Positions 23,932-36,625 of a stretch of 64,000 bases of DNA are shown in pieces (position 1 is the stretch's first letter; each line of letters opens with the position of its first letter). The stretch spans positions 89,156,001-89,220,000 of the forward strand of contig NC_042999.1 in assembly GCF_006345805.1 (NCBI RefSeq). The letters run 5' to 3'. Origin of the DNA: Octopus sinensis. Taxonomy: Eukaryota. Under the pieces are notes generated by a model that worked only from the letters and a program-made list of their open reading frames with translations, was not told the origin of the DNA and made no database searches. The translations under genes were made by a program, and so were the position numbers.

Positions 23932-24017
23932 TCTCTCCGAAGACCGTTTAATTGTCTTACAAGGAAATCTTTGCTCAATAACACGAGCTCAGCTATTCGA
24001 GAAACATCTGTAAGAGG
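23932..24017 (+). ncRNA. Type I HHR with CCGAAGA core and 51-nt helix II loop (decayed)
   Basis: tctct-CCGAAGA-ccg-[51 nt]-cga-GAAA-c-atct-g-TA-agagg; closing helix II pair mismatched. Confidence 0.5.
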
Positions 24018-24594
24018 CTTTACGTATTATTTCTTAATCCCTTATTTACTCTGCAATTATATTTGAATTATAAATTACATGGTTTAAAGTGATACCACAT
24101 GTTTTGCTTTTTCATTCTCTCTAATATATATATATATATTAATTTATGTGTGTTTGAATTTATACGTGTGTGTATGTGTGTGTATGAGTGTGTGAATTTA
24201 TACGTGTGTATATATGAATGTATAGATGTGCTTATATATAGATAATACATAGATAAATGATAGAAAACGGAATGAACGACTTTCTTTTTTAAAATCACTA
24301 CAATTGCTGGGATCTTAAACAAAGAATGTCATTCATTCCATTTTGTATCATTCATCTATTTATATAAGCTCTATGGGTACTATGGAATTTCTTATGTATA
24401 TCCAGTAGCAGGAGCATATCCACTGTATGATGACATTTGGTGGCCAACAATCGTGGACGGGCTTTGCATCACATTCTGCATGATTATTACCCAAATCGTA
24501 TTTAACTTGATTTATTTATTTGTATGCGTACAAATAAGTAAATCAGTGCAAGCGTGTGAATATATATGTTATACTTAACGCTTGAGCGTATATA

Positions 24595-24801
24595 CGAGGG
24601 GGTGCTGAAAAGTTCCTGGTTTGGGTAAAAGAAAATACAAGAGATCAGTTATGATTTTACTCAATATATTCCCCTTTCAGATTTACGCACTTATTGCAAC
24701 GGTCCTTCAGTTTTTCCTGAGCCCTGTAAAAGAACTCCGAAGGTTGGGCTTCCGACCAAGCCTTTCGCGATACCAGCCAAGTTCTTTTTCAGCACCCCTA
24801 A
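24595..24801. mobile_element. Mariner-type MITE (~207 bp)
   Basis: ta|cgagggggtgctgaaaagttc ... gttctttttcagcaccccta|ata. Confidence 0.75.
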
Positions 24802-24830
24802 TATATAAGGGACTAGTTAAAAACAATATT

Positions 24831-24960
24831 CATTACATATAAATCTTTTATTACAGCAAATTCGGCTTACAGCTGTTTCCAGTAGTCATTATATATCTAT
24901 AATGATTACTGGAAACAGCTGTAAGCCAAATTTGTTCTAATAAAGGGTTTATATGTAATG
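24831..24960. repeat. Palindrome with 63-bp arms (57/63 identical) and 4-nt loop, carrying the 3' half of an HHR
   Basis: GAAACAGCTGTA at 24912-24923 and its inverse; no CTGANGA box retained. Confidence 0.85.
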
Positions 24961-25394
24961 ACCATTATTTTAAACTTGTCTCATATATCACTCTGTAAAA
25001 AAAAAAAACAGTTAATCTATAGAATTGTGATGAACCATAACTTCGGACCCTACCAAAAGATTTCTTGGAGTTCTTCACTAATCTAAGTAATATTCTTCTC
25101 TACTGTAGGCACAAGGCCCGGAATCTACGACTACAAGGGGGCCAGTAAGGCAGATATTCATCTTCAATTAACATAATCTTTTTTTTTATATTTTAGATTA
25201 AAAGTATACTTTTCTTGGGCTTAAATGATAGAAAAATGCATGAGGAATTCAGAATCGCTAGTCGTATTGAGCAAAAATTAGTAGAAAAAGAGTTATGAGG
25301 TAAAATGTTGCGAAATTTCATGTCAGTAAGTAAGGGAGTAACGATTCAGCAATAAGAATAAAGAATATATTTCTTAAATGAATGCTTACTTTCT

Positions 25395-25680
25395 AAGGAG
25401 GCGTGCTGGCAGAAACATTAGCACGCCGGCCGAAAAGCTTTCTGGTATTTCGTCTGTCTTCACGTTTTCGGGTTCGCCTAGGTTGACTTTGACCTACATA
25501 TAATCTAATTTTATTTAACTGAACACTTTCAAACTTCCGATACTGGTATAATACGTTACATAGAACAGGGTTCTTATCGTTTTTGACAAGATTTTGTATT
25601 TTAGAAGCGGTATTTCGTCTTTCCTTACGTTCTCAGTTGAAATTCCGCCGAGGTCGACTTTGCCTTTCATTCCATTCACT
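25395..25680 (+). mobile_element. Two SINE A fragments (25395-25493, 25606-25678)
   Basis: gctggcagaaacattagcacgccgg; gaaattccgccgaggtcgactttgcctttc. Confidence 0.75.
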
Positions 25681-26616
25681 ATTCAATGCATAGGATAAGG
25701 CCTAAACAAACACATTATCGATTTTTGCACTTGCGAGATTAATTTCGGAACAGAAATAGCGCAGTTCAATTTTCATTCGCCTAAACTTTAAGTGACCCAT
25801 TTTTGGTGGTTTTACGATTTGTTGGCTAGGAGGAGATGTGCCGGGAAGTTAAACACACAGACACACACACAGATACACACACAGACACACAAGTTGAGTT
25901 TTATATATATATATAGATGTGTAAAAAATCTCATCACGCAATCAAACCAATGAAAGAGCCTCTACCTCGTCGCTCGACACGCTAAAAATAACAACCAAAG
26001 TATCCCCCTACCTAAATTACACGTCCATTGTATGTAATGTCCTAGATTATCCCTAAAAAGACGGTTTGCTGAAATCTGAAATGTTTTTGATGATACGTTT
26101 GCAGGGTTTATTTGAGGCTAAATAACAATATTATGGTCAATTTCTATATTAACACCAACTCGATTTTCACTAAGAAAACAAATTGATTTTTTGCGTGGAA
26201 TCAAGTACTCTGACCTAATAAGCTGCAAATCCCTTATTTTGATTCGGAAAAATTGAGGTGGGGGGTTCCCCCACCAATACCGGAATAAATGGAATTTTTT
26301 TCGTTGAATAAATTCCTGTGCCCTCCTAATATTGCAAAATTAGGTTACTTAAGGTGAGCCTAGTAACTGATGGTTTTGGGGTCTTGTTGTTTGTAACTTT
26401 TGGTGAGCCATAAATTTGGTGTGGATGCGTAATATCAAATAATTCAATCACAACATATATCTAAATTAAACACGAAAAAAATTGAAATATTATCATCACT
26501 TACATGGAAAAATTGAAATATTATCTTTCAGTATTTTATAAGGTAAAATCTTAAATTATTAATTGACACATTATTAATTATCTTATAACAGCAATGCCTG
26601 GAAAAATTATGGATTG

Positions 26617-27128
26617 CATAGAAAAATGCGAGCATGAAAAGTTATATTGTTAAGATTATAAACCCGGAAAAGTACAGGACAAATTATTTCACCTGTCAGA
26701 GTATAAGACAAGCTATTACTTCTAGTAAAGTAAAGAATAAGAAACTTCACACTTAAAATATTTGCAGCTAAAATTAAAATTTGAAAATTAAAACTTATTT
26801 TATTACAGTTTACACACAACACTATACTTATTTAAGTAGAATTTGGCTAATTTACTACCTTAAATACAGAAAAAATTGACTAATTAAACAAACTTACAAA
26901 TTAGCTGAACCCTTTTTTTATACAATAAATTTAAAAGATGAGAACTGTAAAGAGTGATAAATTAGAAGAACTGGCATTCTTTGCTGCAATATTTTAAGTA
27001 AAAAGTTTCTTATTCTTTACTAGAAGTAATAGCTTGTCCTATACTTTTACAGGTGTAATAACTTGTCCTGTACTTTTCCATGTTTATAATCTTAAGAATA
27101 TGACTTTTCATGCTTGCATTTTTCCATG
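26617..27128. repeat. Inverted repeat (~130-bp arms, ~255-bp spacer) ending at (TA)n
   Basis: 26617-26747 vs 27003-27128, roughly 85-90% by eye. Confidence 0.8.
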
Positions 27129-27130
27129 TA

Positions 27131-27172
<42 letters not shown>

Positions 27173-27203
27173 AGGTAGATAGGTAATACATACATACATA
27201 CAT

Positions 27204-27237
<34 letters not shown>

Positions 27238-27238
27238 T

Positions 27239-27283
<45 letters not shown>

Positions 27284-27839
27284 TAGTATTAATATGCACA
27301 CACAAAACTTACTTACGCAACTATAGAGGCATACGTACATACATAAATACGTATACATGCAATCACTGAGACACGCACCTCCATAGACGTAGTAAAAAAA
27401 AAGTATCTTTTTCAGTGAAAGGTGTCCTTGAAACTAGAGACACGTTATTTCTGTGATTTGTAACATAGATAAAATATAAAAGAAAACAACATTTACCTTT
27501 TAAAGCTAATAATCTACCTTAATTTTTCACATGAATCAAACTATAACCCCGTTACGAGGCCTGACATAACACCGGCTAGTTGGCACCATTGACCGATAGA
27601 TGGCATAGTATAACAATATGTAGATGTCTCCTGCTCCGATTGATGTATAGACTGATACCAGTTGACACAAGCATTTTGTTATCAAGATTTGACTTAATTG
27701 ATATTATACTGGATGTAATTACAGCAACATGAAATATATAGTTCAAACTTTCATCACCGATTCCCCACCCTCACCCCTTTCTTATTGGGACTATTAGCGT
27801 AACAATTATTTCGAAAATCATTCAGCGTTTACTGACGGT

Positions 27840-28160
27840 GTTGATGATGATGATGATGATGGTGATGGTGGTGGTGGTGGCGGCGGCGGCGATAATGACA
27901 AGCGATGACGTCGATGATGATAACAAGGAACAACAAAAGCAGCAACGACTATAGCAATAACAACAATAACAAAGCGGCGAGGACAATGATGATGACAATA
28001 ACAGTAATCACAAGGAAGAAGAAGAAGAAGAAGAAGAAGAAGAAGAAGAAGAAGAGAAGAAGAAGAGAAGAAGAAGAAGAGAAGAAGAAGAAGAAGAAGA
28101 AGGTGATGGTGATGGTGATGTTGATGACGATGATGATGATGATGATGATGATGATGTAAT
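27840..28160. repeat. Compound trinucleotide array (GAT/GGT/GGC/AAC/GAA)
   Basis: Direct reading. Confidence 0.9.
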
Positions 28161-28947
28161 TAGAGTATAAGAGAGTGATGTAGTGAGTGAAGTAGGCATT
28201 TAACCTCCGTGTTAATAATAGACAGAAAAAAAAACCAGACTGAGAGAGAGTGAGAGCTCAGAAAGTAAAAAAAATAATAAAATTGAATAAATACAGGTTT
28301 ATAAGTGTGACAGATTAGCCAAAAACAACACGAGCCTGTAAAATGTAAATGCTAGAATGATAAGCACAGCAGTACGTAAAAAAATACGGCTAGATTGAAA
28401 GATAGAACAGCTTCAAGCTAGTTAAATACTTCGCCAGGCGAGCTTTAAAGATGTCTTCATTAGAGAATGTGTACGCTCTATTGTTCTATGTTATGTCTTA
28501 TTCTGGCTTAATGAGATATATTTTGAAGTTTCTAAATTTACTTACAACTGTTACTGTTTTACTATTACCGAAATGCAATATCCTATTAATTATCTTACCA
28601 TACATTAAATACCATCTACGGTGGAGCATCTTAAGGATAGGGTCACGTGACTGACCTTGACGTACACACGCAACCCAAGCATGTAAACCAAGGAGGGTAA
28701 AAAAAATGTAAATGCTCTTAATGATAAGTAATAATGTATGTAATATGAGCGCTTACAAATATTGATGTTTTATGCCAAATGCAAGCTGAAAGCAGAGGGG
28801 CTTCCGAATTTATGTATAAGCACAGATACACACAAACGCACACACGTTAATACACTCATACATATTCGCACACATGTGTATGCGTATATGCATGTATGTA
28901 TATGTGTGTATACGTCACGTATGGATGGCATGCGTGAGTGTGTATAT

Positions 28948-29170
28948 ATCTTTTATCTTTTAGTTGTTTCAGTCATTGGACTGCAGCTATTCTGGGGCAC
29001 CATCTTGAAAATTTTTTAGTCGAATGAGTCGACCCCAGTACTTTTGTCATTTATTTTAAGCCTGGTTCTTATTCTATCGGTCTCTTAGTCAAACCGCTAA
29101 GTTATGGGGACGTAAACACGCCAACACCAGTTGTTTAGTGGTGATGGATAACAAGCACATACACGAAGAC
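28948..29170 (-). mobile_element. SINE family B
   Basis: gttgtttcagtcattggactgcagctattctggggcacc...ccgctaagttatggggacgtaaacac. Confidence 0.85.
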
Positions 29171-29187
29171 ACACACACACACACACA

Positions 29188-30345
29188 TTCGGTTGGCAAG
29201 AAAGTAATTTCGTTTTTCGCAAATAGAGAGAGTTACGATTTTTAAAATAATTTTTGTCAAAGTTATGATTTTTTACCTTTTGATATTTGTTAGTCGTTAC
29301 TTTTTGCTTTCTTTAGAAGCAAATTGCTCGTAATTTTGTTTACAACTGTTTGTTCAGTGTCAATTTTAACATGGAGTGCAAAAACGAACATTTTGATTTT
29401 TTACATCCGTAAAGGCAAGAAAGCTGCTAAGATCACAAAGAGATGTATGAAGTTTGTGGTGTTCTTTGCTTAACAGAACGCACATGTCAGAAATGGTTAT
29501 AAAACTTCTGTTCTGGATAAATATTATGGTCAACCTACTGAAGTTGAATATGATTATAATATAACTGTGCGAGAGATTGCAGAGCGGTCGAACTTATCAC
29601 ACACAGCAATTGAAAATCACTTAAAATGTCTTGGACTCATTATCTGGGTTCTACATATCTGGGTTTTACATAAATTGAAAGAGATTCACTTAACACAACC
29701 AATCAATATTTGCGACATGTATCTCAGACGCAACAAAATCGACCTTCGTTGTGAAACGAATCAACACTGGTAATAAAAAATGGACGTCTACAATAGCATC
29801 AATTGAAAACGATCATGGTCCAAGCGTAATGACCCAGTACAATTTTGATCGAAAGCTGAATTGCATCAAAACAAAGGTCATGCTATCTATTTGGTGGAAT
29901 TACAAAGGTATTGTGTATTTTGAGCTGATTCCAAGGAACCATACGAGGAAGCAATCAAAGAAAAACGACCACAATTGGCCAATTGTAATGGAATAGAGTT
30001 CCACTATGGCACACGTCTTTGCTAACTCGTGAAAAATCATTGGAACTTCGTTAGGAAGTAATGCCACCCTATAGCGCTGACCTTGCACCATCAGATTACC
30101 AATTATTTCGAAGTTAGCAAAATTATTTGAATGGTAAACATTTCAATAATGATGATGACCTGAAATCGCACTTGCTTCTGTATTTGGCTGATAAGGACCA
30201 GAATTTCTATGATCCCAGGATCATGAAGCTGCCAGAAAGATGGCAAAAGGGCATCGTACAATATAAGTGATTAAGGTTCATTCTTTGTATGAATAAAAAT
30301 TACTTTTATTTCACACTAAAAAACCGAAATTTCATTCTTGCCAAC

Positions 30346-30349
<4 letters not shown>
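29188..30349 (+). mobile_element. Near full-length decayed mariner element (~1.16 kb)
   Basis: TIRs ttcggttggcaagaaagtaatttcgttttt / aaaaaccgaaatttcattcttgccaacccaa; WVLHKL, KVMLSIWWNYKGIVYFEL, YSADLAPSDYQLFRS, MKLPERWQK remnants. Confidence 0.9.
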
Positions 30350-30413
<64 letters not shown>

Positions 30414-30416
<3 letters not shown>

Positions 30417-30540
30417 GATGGGCCTCTTTTCATTTCAAAAGATTATGGTCGACCCGATGACATTTTCCCAAGACACCACACAGTGAAACTGAACCCGGAA
30501 CCATGTGGTTGAGAAGCAAGCACCTTATCACACAGCCACG
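30414..30540 (-). mobile_element. SINE family C
   Basis: cagtgaaactgaacccggaaccatgtggttgagaagcaagcaccttatcacacagccac. Confidence 0.8.
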
Positions 30541-30586
30541 CCTATATATACATAAATACAAACATACCTACATACATGCATACTTC

Positions 30587-30671
<85 letters not shown>

Positions 30672-33600
30672 TTATCCGCCTGTCTGTCTATCTATCTATC
30701 CATCTGTCTATCTATCTGTCTATCTGTCTGTTTTTCTGTCTGTATGTATGTATGTTTTATGTATGTATGTGTGTGCGTGTGTGTGTATGTATGTGTTGAG
30801 ACATATTTTACTAGAAGAAAATACCAGCTTAGATTGTTTTTTTGTGGCTGATTTGTCCAGTCACGTTTCGCTTCCTGTAAAAAATAAAGGGAGATAAAGT
30901 GTAAACATAAGAGGTGAAAGATGAGTGCACATACTAGGCTTGGTGGTTAGCTAAAAGTAAAGGAACGCTCCACACATATACACAGTGAAAGACAAAAACA
31001 AAATCAGAGAGAGACGAATTGGATGAAGAGGAGGAGGAGGAAGAAAAGAAGGAGGAGTATAATAACAGAGGTGTTGGCAGTAGCTGAAAAAATCTCTACA
31101 ATAGTTAATATTTATTGAAAGGAATATTCGTCGTAAATTATTTTCAATTAAGCTGTCCTTTAGCAGAGCAAGGTTCTTTTTTGTATTGCACACTAGGTTA
31201 TTTGCTAACGATCGAATTTATATCAAACAGTTACAAATTAATATATCACCACAATTGCTACAATGACATTAATACACTTTTTGCTACCATGGGTATTATC
31301 AGAAAATATGTCATACATTTAACAATTATGATTTAACTTTTATCAAATTACTTGTAGTGACAAAAGTATACTTCCAAAGTCACCCATCATATGACGGGTA
31401 ACCCTCTTGCATGTAAAGTTGCATAGACTAATAATCAATGGCGAATAACTAGATGCAAATGCAATTGTTAAATGTCTATACGGCTGAAACGTCTGTCAGA
31501 CAAATTTAAACCAAATATGTCGCATAATTGTCAGTAGAAATTTTAAAAATATATAGATGTGCTAATCCCCGTTTTCATTGTAATTACACACACACTCCTG
31601 TTCGCTTAAATGCTACAACAATCGGAATACACCCTGGCCAAGTGGGCCTGGAAGATTGAGACAGTTTGTCATTAAGCATTGTGTTTACAATTCTATCCCT
31701 TTTGCAAGATAATACGAAGTAAATTGACTGTTGTTTCTCTCATTATTGAGATTGGAAAGTTATTTCACAGTGATCCCGCAGTTTATAGCATTCATCACTT
31801 CCCTGTGTGGTAATTATTTTCATACACGTAGGCCGTCAGTTGATGAAATACTGACCCTATCAACTTTTCTAACAAAGGAAGGCTCTAATTCAAGGTTAAG
31901 AAACCATCATCTTTTTCTTTTTGCAGCTCTAGCAAAAGTAATAATCCCCAAAAGAAAATAAGAGTGTACCTCTAAAGACTAAAATAGTAATGTAATATAA
32001 CCATACTACTGAATAAGTGAAATTAAAAGTTTGTTATTGTTCTCAGCACAAGTACTCTTCCACAAGTGCTAAGCGCTTGCAGTTTGCCTCTGATGCTTCC
32101 CGCCCCTGATGTAGGCCTAACGTTTCTCCTTCGTTGGTCAAATTGTTAGGGTAAGAGTGTTGTATACTGCCACCAGTACTATGGTGTGTTCATACTAAAC
32201 ACCTTTAATCTTCATGTATTAAGAGTAATGGGACTACTTGTAAATTAACGAATATTAGCCAGATATTAACCAGTAATACTCACTTCAACTCTGTAGCTTG
32301 AACAGAGATATGTTTATATGCCATAAACTTTTCTTGGATAAACTTCTTGGAGGTAAAATCTGAAGTGACACACACTCGCAGAATACGGACATTTCCTCAT
32401 TATCATCGTCGCTGTTGTCATTGCCATTATCGTCATTATCATCATTATCATCTTTGTTGCTGACGTCGTCGTCATCATCTACATCGACATCGTTATTATC
32501 AGTAATTGTTCTCCTCTCAGACCTCGTTGTCGTCGTCGTCGTCATCATAAACAGATGTAGCAACTAAATAGATTTGTTGATAATTCTTCAATTTTTCTGT
32601 CTTAAAAATTAAGGATTCTGCAGCAACCTGCTGAATTTTAGATACAGGCATGCATACATACGTACACAAACACACACGCACTCACTTATATACATTCACA
32701 CATTTATTTACGCACAGAGCGACGTCAAAAACTATGCATAGTTAAACTAACGCTTGTCGTCTGGTAAACTGAACGTTATCAACCTATAAAATAACATAAA
32801 ACATTGCATGAACACACACAGTCACTGGTATATGTAGACATTTTGGTGTCATGAAAACTGCCTCCTTTGAAAGTTTGTTTATTTTAGACCTAAATTAATT
32901 ATACTACTTGGTTTTCTTTACCTAGCTTTTGTCATGTTGAAGAGTCAGAGGCGGAACTATAAAAGCAGTTTTTGCTCTTTTTACCCTCGCCATAGACATA
33001 TCTGATCCTGTCCTCGTTCGTAATTAATAAAAAGATCCCTGCAGTCATCTCCAGAAAACGGAAAGAATAAAAAGACAAGTTGCCAGCTTATCAGTGGGGT
33101 ATAATATTTTGTGTGATTAATTTTCAAAATTGAAGATGATCGACCACACAGGCTCGTCATACTTTCTCTGCTTGAAACGAGGAAAAGACACAGTTTTATG
33201 TTTTGTTTGGGTCTGTTTTGTACTAGCGTATGTTTTACTTCAGTTACACAGGCAATATCGTTGATGTTCTTTCTCTTTTTTTTTTCCTTTCGACTTCTTA
33301 CTTCCTTTTTTCCGCCCTTTTCTAACTGGGCAATATCAAAGAATATTGTCAAAACCCCATTAGATTGGAGATCATTTATACATGTGTCTTGTACTTTGAA
33401 TTTAGTCTCGATATGTAAATATTTATTTCTGTGACTCGTATCTTATCATTGTCAAAGTTGCATATACATTACTATGAAAGACTAATTAATGTTCCTGTGT
33501 AGTTACAAATAATAATCTAATAACTTAGGTAACTGGATAGATGGATGTGAATTAAAAGCATCATTTCACTTTCAACATAAATGATAATAGCTGTAGGTAT

Positions 33601-33729
33601 CTGAGTGCTTAGCAAAATTCTCTTTCTCTCTCTTCCTCTCTCTCTCTCTCTTCTTCTCTCTCCCCTCTCATATATGTATATGAGTGTATACATAATGTAA
33701 GTATAATGTCATATATATAATCATGTTTG

Positions 33730-33760
<31 letters not shown>

Positions 33761-33821
33761 GACATTTATATTGCGTAATATATATTATATACACGCATAC
33801 ATGCATTTATTTACTTATAAA

Positions 33822-33865
<44 letters not shown>

Positions 33866-33887
33866 CACATATATATATATATATCGT

Positions 33888-34135
33888 GTGGAGGCGCGTG
33901 GCTTAGTGGTTAGGGTGTTAGCATCATGATCGTAAGATTGTGGTTTCGATTCCTGGACAAGGCGACGCGTTATGTTCTTGAGCAAAACACTTCATTTCAC
34001 GTTGCTCCAGTCAGCTGGCAAAAATGAGTAACGCTGAGATGGACTGGCTTCTCGTCCAGCTGAGGAACACATACGCTATAGAAACCGGGAAACCGGGCCC
34101 ATGAACCTGGTTAGGCTTTAAAAGGGCGCATTTAT
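33888..34135 (+). mobile_element. tRNA-headed SINE (family D) with V-domain-like centre
   Basis: A/B-box head ggcgcgtggcttagtggttagg...gtttcgattcc; gatggactggcttctcgtccag resembles the V-SINE domain (from memory). Confidence 0.7.
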
Positions 34136-36436
34136 TTTTATTATATGTATATCAGGTTCGACGTGAGCACTTCTTCGCTGTCTATGTGTTTCGAAAGAAA
34201 ATTATAACTATATATATGTATGTGTGTATTCATCTTTATCTCCTTTTTTTATTTCATTGCCTTTTTCCAATTCTTTGTCCTTTTACAATTTTTCTTGTAT
34301 ATGATTTAGATCCTAGCTTTTGAGAGTAAAATGGCCTTAAGAATCTTAACCTAATCAAAATAAGAAACGCTTTTCCTAGAAATTAATTCAATTACAAAAG
34401 ATAAAAGAAAAAAGCAAAAGCATTATCGACATCATCATCCACAGCTACAAGATGGAGATCATCAATGGTTTGTGCACCCAGCATCTACTACTATTAGTCA
34501 CAAACGTATTTAGGTGCTGAAGTGGCAAGTGTATAGAAACAGCTGCCTCTGTCTTGAAAAGAGCCATGAAGTGGCTGAAGAAAGCCAAATGAGTCATAGG
34601 ACGACCTAACTTCTCAGAACGTCTGTTATCACCGCAATATGAGAGTTTCACATTAAAGCAAAGCAAATTAAGAATATTTTTCACTTTTGCCAAGCACAGC
34701 ATATTTTCGATACAATGATTTCCCGATCAAAATTTCCCGTTTTCAGAGTTTGACGATCTGAAAACGTAAATCCTTCCCAAACAACACAGGTTTTACTAAC
34801 TTGAATAAGAACTCTGAAGATCACATCTCGTATATGGGGAAATCAAAATCTATTTGAGAACGCTTGGTCGTATGTAATTGTAGACGGAGACATGAAAGCA
34901 CATGGGTTGGATGGAAGGTGTTGGGGTTAAAATACACTTTGTCAATTCAAACTTTGAAAATAGAAATATTGCATTAACAGAAACTCTGGATAAAAAAAAT
35001 GCGATGTACGGATATTTAAAAGAATTGTTTTCGTCAACCAATCTGTAAATAGATAATACTCAATCGTAGCAAACTCTGTGCAATGGGATCACAGTAGAGT
35101 AAACTAGTTGACAAATATGTTGTTATTTTGTATATCTGAATTTACAATCCTTCTTTGTGTGTATTGCAAATGTTTCGGTTCCATCTGGCTAGTGAGTCCC
35201 AGGCAAACTGCACGCAAGTCTAATGGCTAATGGCACTTACCACAAAATACTATATATTCAAAACGATGAAACTTCGGAGAAATCAAAAGTCAAATTAAAA
35301 TTAAATTTGAAATAAAGCGTTTTAAAAGACAAGTGAATTGATTACTGACAAATTGAAAAAAAATAGCTGTAATAATGATTATATTAATGAGAGATAGTAC
35401 GTCTGGACATACTTTTTTCTTTGTGTATAAAAATATGATAATGATGATATCAACATAATTCTCTTTAATTCTCTCTAGAAACGCAGACCACTATAATATA
35501 GAAGCTATTGTGATGTTGAACATGTTTAATAATGTGACCGTTACTAGACTAATCATCTAAAACGAATTAACATAAGGGTGGGTGCCGTTCCAAACATCTT
35601 ATTCGTGTTCAAATGAATTTAGTCAAAATATTGTGCTATGTCCTTTCACTAGACACACTACACTACTTCTTGCTTAAAACCGAGACTTCTTGCTTAAAAC
35701 TATAGGAACTGGATATAAAATTCTGGCACTTTGAGTCATATATGCGTGGACACACACACAAGCACGCGCGCACATACACGAATATATACATAAGTGGGCA
35801 CAACTCTTTTGTTAATTGACATGGGTTGTTCAAATTGCACGTGTTGATGTAGACTAACTATTCCTCTATAATAACTTTTTTTTCCAATTCCTCCTCATTG
35901 CAAGCAAATAATGCATTAGAGTTTTTAAAGATGGAATAGTGTAGGTTCTACATACACAGAAAACTACAAGTTGTTTCCGGAGAGAGCACTTATTGATAGA
36001 CAATTGGAATATGCGCAGATAGATGAACAAGTTAAGGGAAGGGGATACTGGCATTGAATGCAAACTATGCGGTGGAGGATTCACATGCGACCCCTGACAC
36101 GTATCACTATCGGGTGGACGAACATATTTATATATTATAATGGTCTGCATTTATTATAACTTATTATATATTATAATGGTCGGCATTTATTATAACTTAT
36201 TATATATTATAATGTCTGCATTTCTAGAGAGAATTAAAGAGAATAATCCGTGAGCTTCCTTCACAATTTGGCTGGGTACGGAAAAAATGTGATATCACTA
36301 TCGGGTGGACGAACTTGTTTGCACAGGTAGACGAGTCATGATCCGTGAGCTTCCTTCACAATTGGGCTGGGTACTGGAAAAGTGTGTGCAAAGTAGGTAC
36401 CTCAGTAGTTAACATCTGATAAGTTATACTTACTTT

Positions 36437-36625
36437 TGCATTAACTGGCGCTCCGTTGGTTACGACGATGAGCGTTCCAGTTGATCCGATTAATGGAACA
36501 GCCTGCTCGTGAAAACAACGTGCAAGCGACTGAGTACTCCATAGACACGTGTACCCTTAAAGTAGTTCTCAGGGAGATTCAGCGTGACACAAGAGTGTGA
36601 CAAGGCTGGCTCTTTTACATTACTT
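36437..36625 (+). mobile_element. SINE-like interspersed repeat (family E) fragment
   Basis: ccagttgatccgattaatggaacagcctgctcgtgaaa...cagggagattcagcgtgacac recalled as a high-copy octopus repeat; single copy in this window. Confidence 0.45.

Noticed and set aside
25720-25918. Helitron 5' end (TCTATATATATAAAA on minus)
   Set aside because: No matching hairpin-CTAG 3' end located; could be (TA)n noise
33888-33965. tRNA gene
   Set aside because: A/B boxes are present but continue into a SINE body; no clean cloverleaf
34430-34660. Host exons here and at 31700-31900 and 37240-37430
   Set aside because: Short open frames without convincing paired splice sites or recognisable homology
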